Shown one piece after another: positions 17,085 through 26,082 of a stretch of DNA of 33,691 bases (position 1 is the stretch's first letter; every line of letters begins with the position of its first letter). A program made the translations under genes and the position numbers. Below the pieces are notes generated by a model. It had not been told where the DNA came from. It saw only the letters and a list, made by a program, of their open reading frames with translations, and searched no databases. The stretch comes from an uncultured bacterium (GTDB taxonomy: Bacteria > SAR324 > NAC60-12). The stretch lies in assembly GCA_964010765.1 (NCBI GenBank), contig CAXGMD010000034.1:1-33691 (forward strand). Reading direction: 5' to 3'.

Positions 17085-17435
17085 TCACCTGAATCGTTGT
17101 TGATAGTACTCCTCGTGAAAGCCTACCAGAAATTCATCATCAATACGCCAGGTAGGAGCTCGCAGATTCCCACTAGGACCCATCACGCTGGCAAGAATCT
17201 CCTCAGGATTATCTGTAGCTGGATTCCATTCCAACAGTTTCTTTCCTTTAGCTACAGTCACTTTCGTAGCTCCCCGAATTAGCTCCCAAGCCGCTTCTGC
17301 TGGGATTTTTTCTTTGCTGGCGTTGATGCGTTCCTCTATAGAAACACTATTTGCGTCAAGAAACTCTTGCGCTCGTTTACACGTGGTTCAACCGTTACGG
17401 AAGTAACCCCATTGAATTGAGATAGACACAATCAT
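17085..17435 (-). CDS. ArsC/Spx-like thioredoxin-fold selenoprotein (UxxC), 116 aa, missing from the ORF track
   Basis: Manual translation: MIVSISIQWGYFRNG-U(TGA 17390-17388)-TTCKRAQEFLDANSV...KVTVAKGKK...VMGPSGNLRAPTWRIDDEFLVGFHEEYYQQRFR*; fills the mgsA-argC gap on the operon strand. Confidence 0.88.
17353..17372 (-). promoter_or_regulatory. Candidate bacterial SECIS hairpin
   Basis: GCG-CAAGA-GUU-UCUUG-A-CGC, starting at nt +16 after the UGA; apical loop begins with GU at +24. Confidence 0.7.
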
Positions 17436-17465
17436 TCTCAAAGAAAAGTTAGGCCACCTGCTCCT

Positions 17466-17888
17466 TCAGGGAAGGCTTGGATGGCGAGGATAGTCTTGTC
17501 CTAGCAATGTAGAACTGAACAAAAAATCAGCTGTTGCCGTGCTACAAGCCATGGGAATATCCCAAACAACAGCGAGCCGAAGCAGGGCCTTGACATCGGG
17601 ATCATGTGGCTGAGAAGTCAAGGGATCCCAGAAGAAAACAAGTAGATCTAGTTTTTCTGTGGCAATGAGTGCCCCGATTTGCTGATCACCACCAAGGGGT
17701 CCGCTGAGCAATCGTGTGATAGGCAGATTCAACTGTTGCTGAAGCAGAGAGCCTGTTGTGCCGGTTGCATAAAGCTCGTGCTGGCGCAGTTGCTCCAGAT
17801 GCCGTTTTGCCCAGGCCAGCAGGAGAGGTTTCTTGTAATCGTGAGCAACAAGCGCGATTCGCTTTTGTTTGGGCAGGGAAGAGGCCAT
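17466..17888 (-). CDS. mgsA: Methylglyoxal synthase
   Basis: [46 protein letters not shown]. Confidence 0.98.
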   Translation of the reverse strand: MASSLPKQKRIALVAHDYKKPLLLAWAKRHLEQLRQHELYATGTTGSLLQQQLNLPITRLLSGPLGGDQQIGALIATEKLDLLVFFWDPLTSQPHDPDVKALLRLAVVWDIPMACSTATADFLFSSTLLGQDYPRHPSLP

Positions 17889-17912
17889 TCAAAAGAACTG
17901 GAAGCGGAGATC

Positions 17913-18854
17913 TTAGGGTTGCCAGAGATAAAGAAATCCAGAACTGGGCATCAGTGAGTCTGGTACACGAACGAGGTTGACTTCTGCGGCACTGCTTCCT
18001 AACAAAGATGGTTGGAAGGAACTCGGCCGCTGATAGGCTACTACGGTTGCGCTCGCAGCGCCTGTACGCATTTGAGCAGCTAACAAAGCATCCTCCAAGT
18101 ATCCCACATGATCTACGAGTTTCAATCTTCGAGCATCCTCTGCTGGAAAAATGCTTCCATCTGCTAACTTGAGCGCATCTTCTTGCGGAAGTTGTCGATT
18201 TTCAGCGACAAGTCCTACAAAGCGCTCATAGTGAGCGTTTAGAATACGAAGTAAGATTTCACGACTTTCTTTGCCGATAGGCTTCAAAGGTACTGCCAGT
18301 TCTTGCTTCGTAGATCCACTCGCGAGCACTTCCCCCTGGATACCAATTTTTTCAAGCAGCCCTTCAGCATTGAAGCGCACCATGACCACGCCAATACTCC
18401 CTACAACCGATGTTGGATTGGCCCAGATTTCATCACCAGCCAAGGCCGCATAGTAACCTCCTGATGCCCCAATGGCTCCAATGCTGACGACAATCGGCTT
18501 GCCGCTGCGTTCCCTAAATTGTTTCAACTCATGAAACAGCACATCAGCAGTAGTTACCTCTCCTCCGGGTGAGTTGATGTGCAGCAGCACAGCTCGAACT
18601 GCAGGATCTCTAGCTGCCATCACCAACTGTTCTCGCACTTCATCCACGTCAATACTGCTTCTGCGACTGCCCACATTGGAAATCCAGTCAGACGCCATCA
18701 TCCCACTGAGTTCAATCAGCGCGATCTTGGTCGCTCCACTTCCACCTAGGACACGCTCTTCCAGAGGTTGATCACGACTGATGGGTAACTCCAGATTGAC
18801 GTAGCAACCACTGAGAGAAATAAGGAAAGTGATGGCGATTAGTAGTTGTCTCAT
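17913..18854 (-). CDS. sppA: Signal peptide peptidase SppA (S49, short type), lipoprotein
   Basis: Lipobox LSGC, INSPGG, GASGGYY, GSIGV, ADGSIF, LVDHVG. Confidence 0.93.
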   Translation of the reverse strand: MRQLLIAITFLISLSGCYVNLELPISRDQPLEERVLGGSGATKIALIELSGMMASDWISNVGSRRSSIDVDEVREQLVMAARDPAVRAVLLHINSPGGEVTTADVLFHELKQFRERSGKPIVVSIGAIGASGGYYAALAGDEIWANPTSVVGSIGVVMVRFNAEGLLEKIGIQGEVLASGSTKQELAVPLKPIGKESREILLRILNAHYERFVGLVAENRQLPQEDALKLADGSIFPAEDARRLKLVDHVGYLEDALLAAQMRTGAASATVVAYQRPSSFQPSLLGSSAAEVNLVRVPDSLMPSSGFLYLWQP

Positions 18855-19399
18855 TGGGAATCTTGTTCAAGAAGATGGGTGTCGATCTGATGGAGGATTC
18901 CCTCAGGAGTCAGCTGACTAGTGTCAATGATTAGATCAAAATTGGCTGGATCAGCGATGTCTACACCATAGAGGCGTTGAAAATTTTGGCGCATTGTGCG
19001 GTATCGCTGTCGATTGGTAAGAATGGATTCTTCAATATTTTTTGCACTCTCCGTGGCCCGATGAGCAGAAAAAATACGTTCTGCAGCCACTTCTTCGCTC
19101 ACGGTGAGCAAAATTTTGCAAGCGTCAGGTACACAATGAAATCCCAGGTGAGCGTCCAAGACGAAGTTTTCGTTTTCTTCACCAAATTTACGTTGAGCTT
19201 CGTCAATTTTACGATCCACTTCTGGATGGGTTGTGACAAATTCAGTCAAAAATTGAGTGATGTCTTGAAAGCCTTGTTCCAATGCCATTTGGCGCATGAA
19301 ATCACCTGTGGAGCGGATTTCCAGACCATATTTGTCAGCCAACAATCGTCGTACTGTCGATTTGCCAGAACCAGGAGGGCCAGCTAGCGTCAGTTTCAT
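18851..19399 (-). CDS. cmk: Cytidylate kinase, short archaeal-type family
   Basis: TLAGPPGSGKST, STGDFMRQMA, DRKID, YGVDI.D...FDLIIDTS. Confidence 0.8.
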   Translation of the reverse strand: MKLTLAGPPGSGKSTVRRLLADKYGLEIRSTGDFMRQMALEQGFQDITQFLTEFVTTHPEVDRKIDEAQRKFGEENENFVLDAHLGFHCVPDACKILLTVSEEVAAERIFSAHRATESAKNIEESILTNRQRYRTMRQNFQRLYGVDIADPANFDLIIDTSQLTPEGILHQIDTHLLEQDSQ

Positions 19400-19431
19400 G
19401 AAAAATCCTCACGAGCCGAGTGAGTAGAAGA

Positions 19432-20310
19432 TCATTCGATGTTCTGCATTTGTTCACGGATTTTTTCCAGTTCAGCCTTGATCTCAACTACGGTGTGGCT
19501 GACACTGGTGTCGTTGCATTTAGAAGCCATCGTATTGGCTTCCCGATTCAATTCTTGAAGCAGGAAGTCACCACGTTTGCCAATCTCTCTCTCCTGCTGC
19601 AGAGTCTCCTGTAGGTGCTGCAGGTGTGTGTCGAAGCGGACGATTTCTTCACTGATATCGAGACGTTCAGCCATCAAGGCTACTTCCTGATGTAGCCGCT
19701 CAGCGTCAAGCTTGGCCTGTAGGTCACTCAGATGATCCAGCAGTCTTTGTTGGAATTGCTGTGGTAGGTGCTTGGAGTTTTCTTCGATCTGTTGTGCGAG
19801 TTGAGCGCAGCGCTGAAGGCGTGACTGGATGTCTTCCAGCATGGCCTGGCCTTCCCGCTCTTTCATCGATTTGAGGGCTTGCAAAGCAAGTTCAAGACTT
19901 TCCCAGATTAGCTTTTCTCCTAGTTCAGAAGGAATTTCCAGATCAATCGATTCGCCAAGTAAGTCTCGCTGACTGAGCAGATCTTTCATTGAAACTTGAA
20001 CCTCACGCCCAGTCAATTCCTCAAATTGGGAAAGTAAGCTGGCGTAATGTCGTATGGCAGGTTCCTGCCAGTGTGGGAAACCTTGGGCACTCTGAGTCAT
20101 GGATTCCAGACGTATGCTGCCATCGACCTTGCCTCGTTGGCATACCTTTTTCACTTTCTCCTTGACAGATGCCTCCAATGTCAGCAATCCATTGGGGAGG
20201 CGTAGTCGAACATCCAAGAACCGCTGATTGACAGATCGGATTTCAACTTGGCAGAGCCAGCCGTCCTGTTCGCATTGTGCGGTGCCATAACCTGTCATCG
20301 AAACGGCCAT
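19432..20310 (-). CDS. yicC: YicC/YloC family endoribonuclease
   Basis: SMTGYG, EIRSVNQRFLD, RGKVD, DISEEIVR, DFLLQELNREANT..SK, LEKIREQMQNIE. Confidence 0.96.
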   Translation of the reverse strand: MAVSMTGYGTAQCEQDGWLCQVEIRSVNQRFLDVRLRLPNGLLTLEASVKEKVKKVCQRGKVDGSIRLESMTQSAQGFPHWQEPAIRHYASLLSQFEELTGREVQVSMKDLLSQRDLLGESIDLEIPSELGEKLIWESLELALQALKSMKEREGQAMLEDIQSRLQRCAQLAQQIEENSKHLPQQFQQRLLDHLSDLQAKLDAERLHQEVALMAERLDISEEIVRFDTHLQHLQETLQQEREIGKRGDFLLQELNREANTMASKCNDTSVSHTVVEIKAELEKIREQMQNIE

Positions 20311-20453
20311 CTACTGCTCCTAGATTTGTGAAAATTGTGACAAGAAAAACAAAACAAGCGATATGGGCAGTTGGTGACCTTTACTTTCTTTCAGGAATCT
20401 AGCAAGCTCTTAGTAACAGCCATGTTTGCCAATTTCTCATCCTGACAAAAGCC

Positions 20454-20900
20454 ATGTTCCAGCTTCTACGTAAGTGGCAACGTCGTTCTCAGGAACTGCC
20501 AGAAGATATTATTGATTACAAGCACCAGTGCGAGCAGTTGGTCAATAAGTATGAGACGCTGCTGGATCAGATTTCTCAGTACATGCAAACTGAGGAACGC
20601 ATCCTTGGCAAAGAACAAGCGGAGGTAGTAATCCCCCCGCCCCAAGATACGGGCATCTTCGAACTGTTGACAATCAAAGGCGAACTGCTGCGCATTACGG
20701 AAGAGTGCGATAAATTGATGAACAAAGGATTCCGTGAACCAACTATCGCGCCACTGCAAAAAGAAGCGATGGAGCTGCTGATTAGCCAACTTCAAAATTT
20801 GCGGCAGTATTCTGATCAGATCGAAGAAGCACTTTTAGACTTCGAGGAAAAACTGATGGAGATGGAAGAACTGGCTTCCACCCGTGGTCTTCGTAACTGA
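20454..20900 (+). CDS. Hypothetical coiled-coil protein
   Basis: 148-aa Glu/Leu/Gln-rich ORF filling the gap; no family recognised. Confidence 0.7.
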   Translation: MFQLLRKWQRRSQELPEDIIDYKHQCEQLVNKYETLLDQISQYMQTEERILGKEQAEVVIPPPQDTGIFELLTIKGELLRITEECDKLMNKGFREPTIAPLQKEAMELLISQLQNLRQYSDQIEEALLDFEEKLMEMEELASTRGLRN

Positions 20901-20917
20901 ATTGGTACTACTCTCTT

Positions 20918-21622
20918 TCACCAGCGCCAGCCACCATCTTGATAAACCGTGGTGGTGATGATCTCTTCGTCTGGAACATCCTGATTGAAGGCCTGACGGT
21001 CTCTCCGTTCCTGCGCAAGCTGACTGCCCTGTTCAATCACATCAGCAATCACTTCTTCTCCCATCACCTCATTCCCGTCTTCATCTTCATAGCCTAACTC
21101 ATCAATGCGAATCTGCTCTCTGGTGATGGACTCCAACTCATCGAAGAGCGTTCCCATTGCCAGATCAAAGTACCAATCAGGGCTGGCAAAGAAACTCTCA
21201 TCGCTGAGCATCGCCAAGAAGACAACACGATATGGATCAATCCCCTTGTGTTCCGCTACTGCTACGCGTAAGTCAGCCCAGCGCTCGTCCTCAAGCAGAT
21301 CTGTCTCTGGATCAGCAAAAGTTCCTGCTCCTAAATCGACAAAGGCATAGATTTCAAAGTGAGCCTGGTAAGAAACTTGTTGCTGAACCAATCGGTCATA
21401 GCTTTGCTGACCTTTTTCACTGAGTTGGTAGTACTGCTCCACATCAAGCTGAACAAGGTCCTGCTGTTCCAATTCTTTGAGATTGGATTCGATCGTTTTG
21501 TGATTCTGATCCAGAAAAGAAAAATGAATCTTATCTTGTGAACTGGCAATGTGGTGGAGCAGTAACAAGATACTGAATTCTTGACGTTGTGGGTCTGTCA
21601 GGGACTTACGTTCGGTGCTCAT
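20918..21622 (-). CDS. Hypothetical acidic protein with a possible N-terminal winged helix
   Basis: 234-aa ORF 9 bp downstream of cyaY; LKELEQQDLV...YQLSEKG resembles a wHTH wing. Confidence 0.7.
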   Translation of the reverse strand: MSTERKSLTDPQRQEFSILLLLHHIASSQDKIHFSFLDQNHKTIESNLKELEQQDLVQLDVEQYYQLSEKGQQSYDRLVQQQVSYQAHFEIYAFVDLGAGTFADPETDLLEDERWADLRVAVAEHKGIDPYRVVFLAMLSDESFFASPDWYFDLAMGTLFDELESITREQIRIDELGYEDEDGNEVMGEEVIADVIEQGSQLAQERRDRQAFNQDVPDEEIITTTVYQDGGWRW

Positions 21623-21631
21623 AGGGGTGTT

Positions 21632-21952
21632 TCAGAACGTGGTGGATGTTCCTAGATGATCGCTGAGTAATCTTGCGAAGCAGTCATAGAATTCTTCTTG
21701 CTCAGCTTCTGCGAACCAGCGGTCATTGTCTGCTTGGTATTTAAAGTGCCAGCCTCGGGCGTTGCCCGCCAACCAAATTTCATGAATAGCCCGCTGGGTA
21801 TTGAGCACAATGATTCCAGGACGCTCTTCGAATGCAATTTGTAGCTTGTCTGGAGTGCGGTCGTAGTCCAGCAGATCCTCATGTCGATCCAGCAGTTGTT
21901 CGACCTGCCGAAAGACGTGTTCTGCGCGTTGTGAATACTCCTTATTGTCCAT
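21632..21952 (-). CDS. cyaY: Frataxin-like iron donor CyaY
   Basis: IVLNTQRAIHEIWLA...GWHF motif; start ATG 21952 after GGGGAG. Confidence 0.9.
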   Translation of the reverse strand: MDNKEYSQRAEHVFRQVEQLLDRHEDLLDYDRTPDKLQIAFEERPGIIVLNTQRAIHEIWLAGNARGWHFKYQADNDRWFAEAEQEEFYDCFARLLSDHLGTSTTF

Positions 21953-22101
21953 TATTTTCTCCCCAGTTGAGCAAATGAAACAGGTTAGAGCAGCGTCTTT
22001 GAGAGTCAATACAAAACCCCATGGCTTTGTGGTTGCTTCTTGGTAGCAAACCTTGCAGACTGAATTGCTTATTCTGACAACATTTTTGAGTGGAGGCTTC
22101 T

Positions 22102-25100
22102 ATGCGGTCTGTCCGGAACCTGATGATGTGGTTCGTGTGCTTGCTGCTAATGGTGGGTCCAGTTTTGGGTAGTACTCTGGATTCGATGGATGAACGTTTT
22201 GAACAGCGAAGTTATCGGCGTTTTGTGTTGCCCAACGGGTTGAAGATTCTGTTGATTTCAGATCCGATGGTGCGCAAAGCCGCAGCATCTTTGACTGTGG
22301 GTGTTGGTGCGATGAGTGATCCGGAAATGCATCAAGGATTGGCGCACTACCTTGAACACATGCTCTTCTTAGGCACGGAAAAGTATCCGGAGGCTGGAGA
22401 ATACCAGCAGTTTGTCTCCAATCGAGGTGGCTACACGAACGCTTACACGGCTGGAGATCACACAAACTACCACTTCGAGATTGACCCAGAACACCTGGAT
22501 GGGGCGCTGGATCGCTTTGCACAGTTTTTCACAGCACCTTTGTTCAATACACAGTATCTGGAACGAGAGCGGCGCATTGTTGATTCTGAACACTCCAAGA
22601 ATATCCCCAACGATTTTCGCAGACTCTTCGAAGTCCGTAAGCAGACCTATGTTCCGGGACATCCCCTGCAGAAATTCAGTACGGGTAATCTGCAAACCCT
22701 CGGATTCACCACGCGCGATGACGTGGTTGACTTCTACACGCGCTACTATTCCAGCAATCGAATGACCCTCGCTGTCTCAGGTACACAGTCACTCGATGAG
22801 TTACAGGAAATGGTCGTGCCTCGTTTCTACGAGATTGTTGACCGGAATCTTGATGAGATTACCTTCCCTACAGAATATCTTGCTCCGAACTCTAGATTTC
22901 GGCTGCTGCAAGTGAAGCCACTCAGCGAGATTCGTTCTCTAACGCTCAGTTTCCCATTGCCCTCTACCCAGCAGTATTATTCGAGTCAACCACTGAATCT
23001 ATTGGGATTTCTAGTTGGGCACGAAGGAAAAGGCAGTCTGCTTTCCCTGTTGAAATCTAAGAACTTAGCGACAGGACTCTCAGCCGGTGCAGGATCATCG
23101 ACAAATTCTTATTCCTCCTTTGAGGTGACGGTCCAGTTAACCCCACGAGGAGTTGATCGGTATCGAGATGTGATCACTCACCTGTTTCAGTACCTGCGGA
23201 TGCTGCGTGAGGAAGGCCTGCCACGCTACATTTTCAATGAAGTGCAGCGGATGAACGAAATTAACTATCGATTCTCCGAACGCGTGGAAGGTACTAGACT
23301 CGTCAACACTCTCTCCGCATTGTTGCGCTTTGTTCCTCTGAGGGAAGTGGAACGCTCACCGTTCTTGCTGACTGAATTCCGCAAAGACTTGTTCGATAGT
23401 ATGCTCTATCGCCTGACCCCAAATAACATGTTAGCGATTCTTGTGGATCAGGGTGTGAAGGTTGACAGTACGGAGAGCTACTATGGTACAGAGTACTCCT
23501 ATCGTCAGGATCGTGCCAACTGGGTACAGGTGTGGAAGACCGCCAGACGACATCCCAACCTTTCGCTTCCGGTGCCTAACGACTTTATTCCACAGGACAT
23601 CGCCTTGAGAGAACCTAAGGCTCCCTTTACCTTCAACTACGAATCAATTGCTGGCTTGAGTGAAGAGAATTTGCCAGAGGGTGTGATGTCCTTACTCAGC
23701 CAAGAATCTAGTCGTAGTTGGCAATCCTGGTCGGAACTGGCTGTAGCCCTGCAATTGCCGCAGGGTCAACAGAAGGCTGCACGAACCGTAATCATGCGTC
23801 ATGCTGTGGAAGAGCCACAGCGCTTGGTGGATCTGCCCAAGGGACGTGTTTGGTTCCAGCCAGATTTCCGTTTTGAACAACCGAAGGGTAGAGTCATGCT
23901 ACGTATTTTGACTCCAGAGGCGTATGCTACCCCTCGTCATGCGGTTTTGACTCAACTCTACGTTGCAGCAATTGAAGAAGGACTCAACGAGTTCAAGTAT
24001 CCAGTCAGTTTGGCTGGTCTTGACTTCAACCTGCGTAACGACAAAGAAGGAGTACAAATCAACTTTGACGGTTACTCAGATCGTTTATTGGAGTTGGTGG
24101 AGAGCGTTGCAGCCCAGTTGCAAAATATTCAGATCGATCAAAAAACTTTTGCCTCTCTGCAGGATGCAAAACTGAGGAGTTATCGTAACTTCACTCTTCA
24201 GGAACCATATCAGCAGGCTTTCTATGAGAGAGGCCTATTGCTGGAAGGTTTTCGGCATTCGATTCGTCAATATGAAAAGATTGTTCCGGACGTTACACTG
24301 AAAGAGTTGACTGCCCATGCGCGACAACTTTTTGCCAAGACCTACGTAGAAGCAGTCGTCTATGGCAACCTTGAATCTGATAAAGTGCAGCCGATCATGG
24401 AACGAATTGTCAGTGACTTGAGTCAGCAGGCTCTACCGCTGGAGGAGCGATTTTACGAGCAGGTCCGGCAGATTCCTGTTGGTATGACCCTCACCTTTCA
24501 ACAAGATGTGACGGTCAACAATTCAGCGATCGTACTAGAGTTACAGCAAGGCGATGACACTCCGGAAAACTGGGCAACCCTACAGGTACTTTCCCAGTGG
24601 ATTCAGCCACAGTTCTACAATGAGTTGCGGACACGTCAACAAACGGGCTACATCGTGAGTTCTGGTTCGACGTTGACCGAAGAGACTCTGAGTCTGTTCT
24701 TCCTGATCCAATCTGGTGATTTTGCCCCGGATGACCTCTCAGAGCGGGTACGAAGCTTTCTGCCCAAACTCCACGAAAATCTCCAGAATCTCAGTCAGCA
24801 GGAATTTGAAACGATCCGCCGCTCTGTCTTGCGTGCTAGTCTGGAGCGTCCTGATGAAATAGATGAGGCCACTGGTCGCTTATTCCAGATTCTTTTCGAA
24901 GAAGATGGGGATTTTGATTTCAAGAGTGACAAGCTTCGGTCCCTGGCTTCCCTGGAGCACCAAGAATTTCTGAAACAAGGACGTCAGATGTTGGAACCAA
25001 CTCAACAGCGGCAGTTAGTGCTTCAGATGGTTGGTGCAGGAATGAGCAGTCTACTGCCACAGGAGGGAGTTGTGCGGGACGCAAGCGATATGGCTGAGCG

Positions 25101-25134
25101 TCTACCCTGCCCAGAGTTCTGTCGACCTAATTGA
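22102..25134 (+). CDS. Periplasmic M16A metallopeptidase (pitrilysin/insulinase family)
   Basis: Signal peptide, GLAHYLEHMLFLGTEKYP (HxxEH), NAYT, LDRFAQFF, GHEGKGSL, ELRTRQQTGY; start ATG 22102 after GGAGG. Confidence 0.95.
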   Translation: MRSVRNLMMWFVCLLLMVGPVLGSTLDSMDERFEQRSYRRFVLPNGLKILLISDPMVRKAAASLTVGVGAMSDPEMHQGLAHYLEHMLFLGTEKYPEAGEYQQFVSNRGGYTNAYTAGDHTNYHFEIDPEHLDGALDRFAQFFTAPLFNTQYLERERRIVDSEHSKNIPNDFRRLFEVRKQTYVPGHPLQKFSTGNLQTLGFTTRDDVVDFYTRYYSSNRMTLAVSGTQSLDELQEMVVPRFYEIVDRNLDEITFPTEYLAPNSRFRLLQVKPLSEIRSLTLSFPLPSTQQYYSSQPLNLLGFLVGHEGKGSLLSLLKSKNLATGLSAGAGSSTNSYSSFEVTVQLTPRGVDRYRDVITHLFQYLRMLREEGLPRYIFNEVQRMNEINYRFSERVEGTRLVNTLSALLRFVPLREVERSPFLLTEFRKDLFDSMLYRLTPNNMLAILVDQGVKVDSTESYYGTEYSYRQDRANWVQVWKTARRHPNLSLPVPNDFIPQDIALREPKAPFTFNYESIAGLSEENLPEGVMSLLSQESSRSWQSWSELAVALQLPQGQQKAARTVIMRHAVEEPQRLVDLPKGRVWFQPDFRFEQPKGRVMLRILTPEAYATPRHAVLTQLYVAAIEEGLNEFKYPVSLAGLDFNLRNDKEGVQINFDGYSDRLLELVESVAAQLQNIQIDQKTFASLQDAKLRSYRNFTLQEPYQQAFYERGLLLEGFRHSIRQYEKIVPDVTLKELTAHARQLFAKTYVEAVVYGNLESDKVQPIMERIVSDLSQQALPLEERFYEQVRQIPVGMTLTFQQDVTVNNSAIVLELQQGDDTPENWATLQVLSQWIQPQFYNELRTRQQTGYIVSSGSTLTEETLSLFFLIQSGDFAPDDLSERVRSFLPKLHENLQNLSQQEFETIRRSVLRASLERPDEIDEATGRLFQILFEEDGDFDFKSDKLRSLASLEHQEFLKQGRQMLEPTQQRQLVLQMVGAGMSSLLPQEGVVRDASDMAERLPCPEFCRPN

Positions 25135-25144
25135 GATAGTATTT

Positions 25145-25564
25145 ATGATTCGAAATACTCTATTTCATAAAGTCTATCGCTTCGCTCCAATTCCTCTGGT
25201 CTTACTATGTGCCTCCTGTGTGAGTTCAAGCAAAACGTTCTTGCCAGACGGCAGTGAAGGCTACGTGGTGAGCTGTAGTGGCAGCATGATGAGCTGGGGA
25301 GACTGCGAGGCCAAAGCTGGCAGTCTTTGTGGGGCAGGTGGGTATGAGATTGTTTCGAAGAATGCTAACCAGCAAAACGTTAGCTCTTCGGAGCGTTCAA
25401 TGATGATTGCCTGTAATAGCAGCAGAGAGCCGACCACTACCGACAAATTGGTTCAGAAAAGTCAGGAAATGTTGGATGAGGGTGTGGATAAAGGGAAGGA
25501 GTTGTTGGGTGAAGGAGAAGAACTTCTGGATAAAGGGGTTGAGAAGGTCAAAGAGTTGTTCTGA
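25145..25564 (+). CDS. Hypothetical Cys-rich lipoprotein with an amphipathic repeat tail
   Basis: Start ATG 25145; LLCASC lipobox-like; PDG...CSG...WGDC...AGSLC...GY; tail with ELL.KG repeats. Confidence 0.7.
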   Translation: MIRNTLFHKVYRFAPIPLVLLCASCVSSSKTFLPDGSEGYVVSCSGSMMSWGDCEAKAGSLCGAGGYEIVSKNANQQNVSSSERSMMIACNSSREPTTTDKLVQKSQEMLDEGVDKGKELLGEGEELLDKGVEKVKELF

Positions 25565-25575
25565 GTGGAGGCCTG

Positions 25576-26016
25576 TTGAACGCTCCTGAAATAGACCGAT
25601 TCAGGCCGAGTAAGGAAGAAATCAGCCTATTTTTAGAAAGAGAATTTCCACAAACAAAATGTCGGGTTGTGGAGGTGGGCAATCAGGCAGCTACAATTGC
25701 TCACAAGATTGGAGAGGCAGAGTTGCGTCCTGGAGGAACAGTTTCTGGCCCGGTGCTGATGGAGGTAGCTGACGTTGCGCTTTATGTGGCCCTCCTTGGA
25801 GAGATTGGAATCGTGCCACTGGCAGTGACCACTGGCCTGACAATCAATTTCTTGCGCAAACCACCGGCTACTCAGAAGATCATTGCTGTGTGTACGTTGC
25901 TCAAAGTTGGTCGGACCCTTGCTACTGGGGAGGTCCGACTCTACTCCGAAGGCCACAAGGAACCTGTCGCTCATGCGGTTGGTACCTACTCGATTCCACC
26001 GGTCCAGCGTTCCTAG
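25576..26016 (+). CDS. PaaI family thioesterase (hotdog fold)
   Basis: LRPGGTVSGPVLM..AD, AVTTGLTINFLRKP, LKVGRTL, VAHAVGTYSIPP; GGAGG before the TTG start. Confidence 0.93.
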   Translation: MNAPEIDRFRPSKEEISLFLEREFPQTKCRVVEVGNQAATIAHKIGEAELRPGGTVSGPVLMEVADVALYVALLGEIGIVPLAVTTGLTINFLRKPPATQKIIAVCTLLKVGRTLATGEVRLYSEGHKEPVAHAVGTYSIPPVQRS

Positions 26017-26018
26017 AG

Positions 26019-26082
26019 GTGGATTGCTCTAGCGTAGGCTTTTCAGTGCCGTGGATTGCTCTAGCGTAGGCTTTTCAGTGCC
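26019..26082. repeat. Exact 32-bp tandem duplication
   Basis: GTGGATTGCTCTAGCGTAGGCTTTTCAGTGCC at 26019-26050 and 26051-26082. Confidence 0.97.

Noticed and set aside
17061..17282. 73-aa plus-strand ORF
   Set aside because: Antisense shadow of the selenoprotein gene with no recognisable motif
26019..26082. Mini CRISPR array
   Set aside because: Two abutting copies, no spacer, no cas genes, and the unit is ltaE coding sequence
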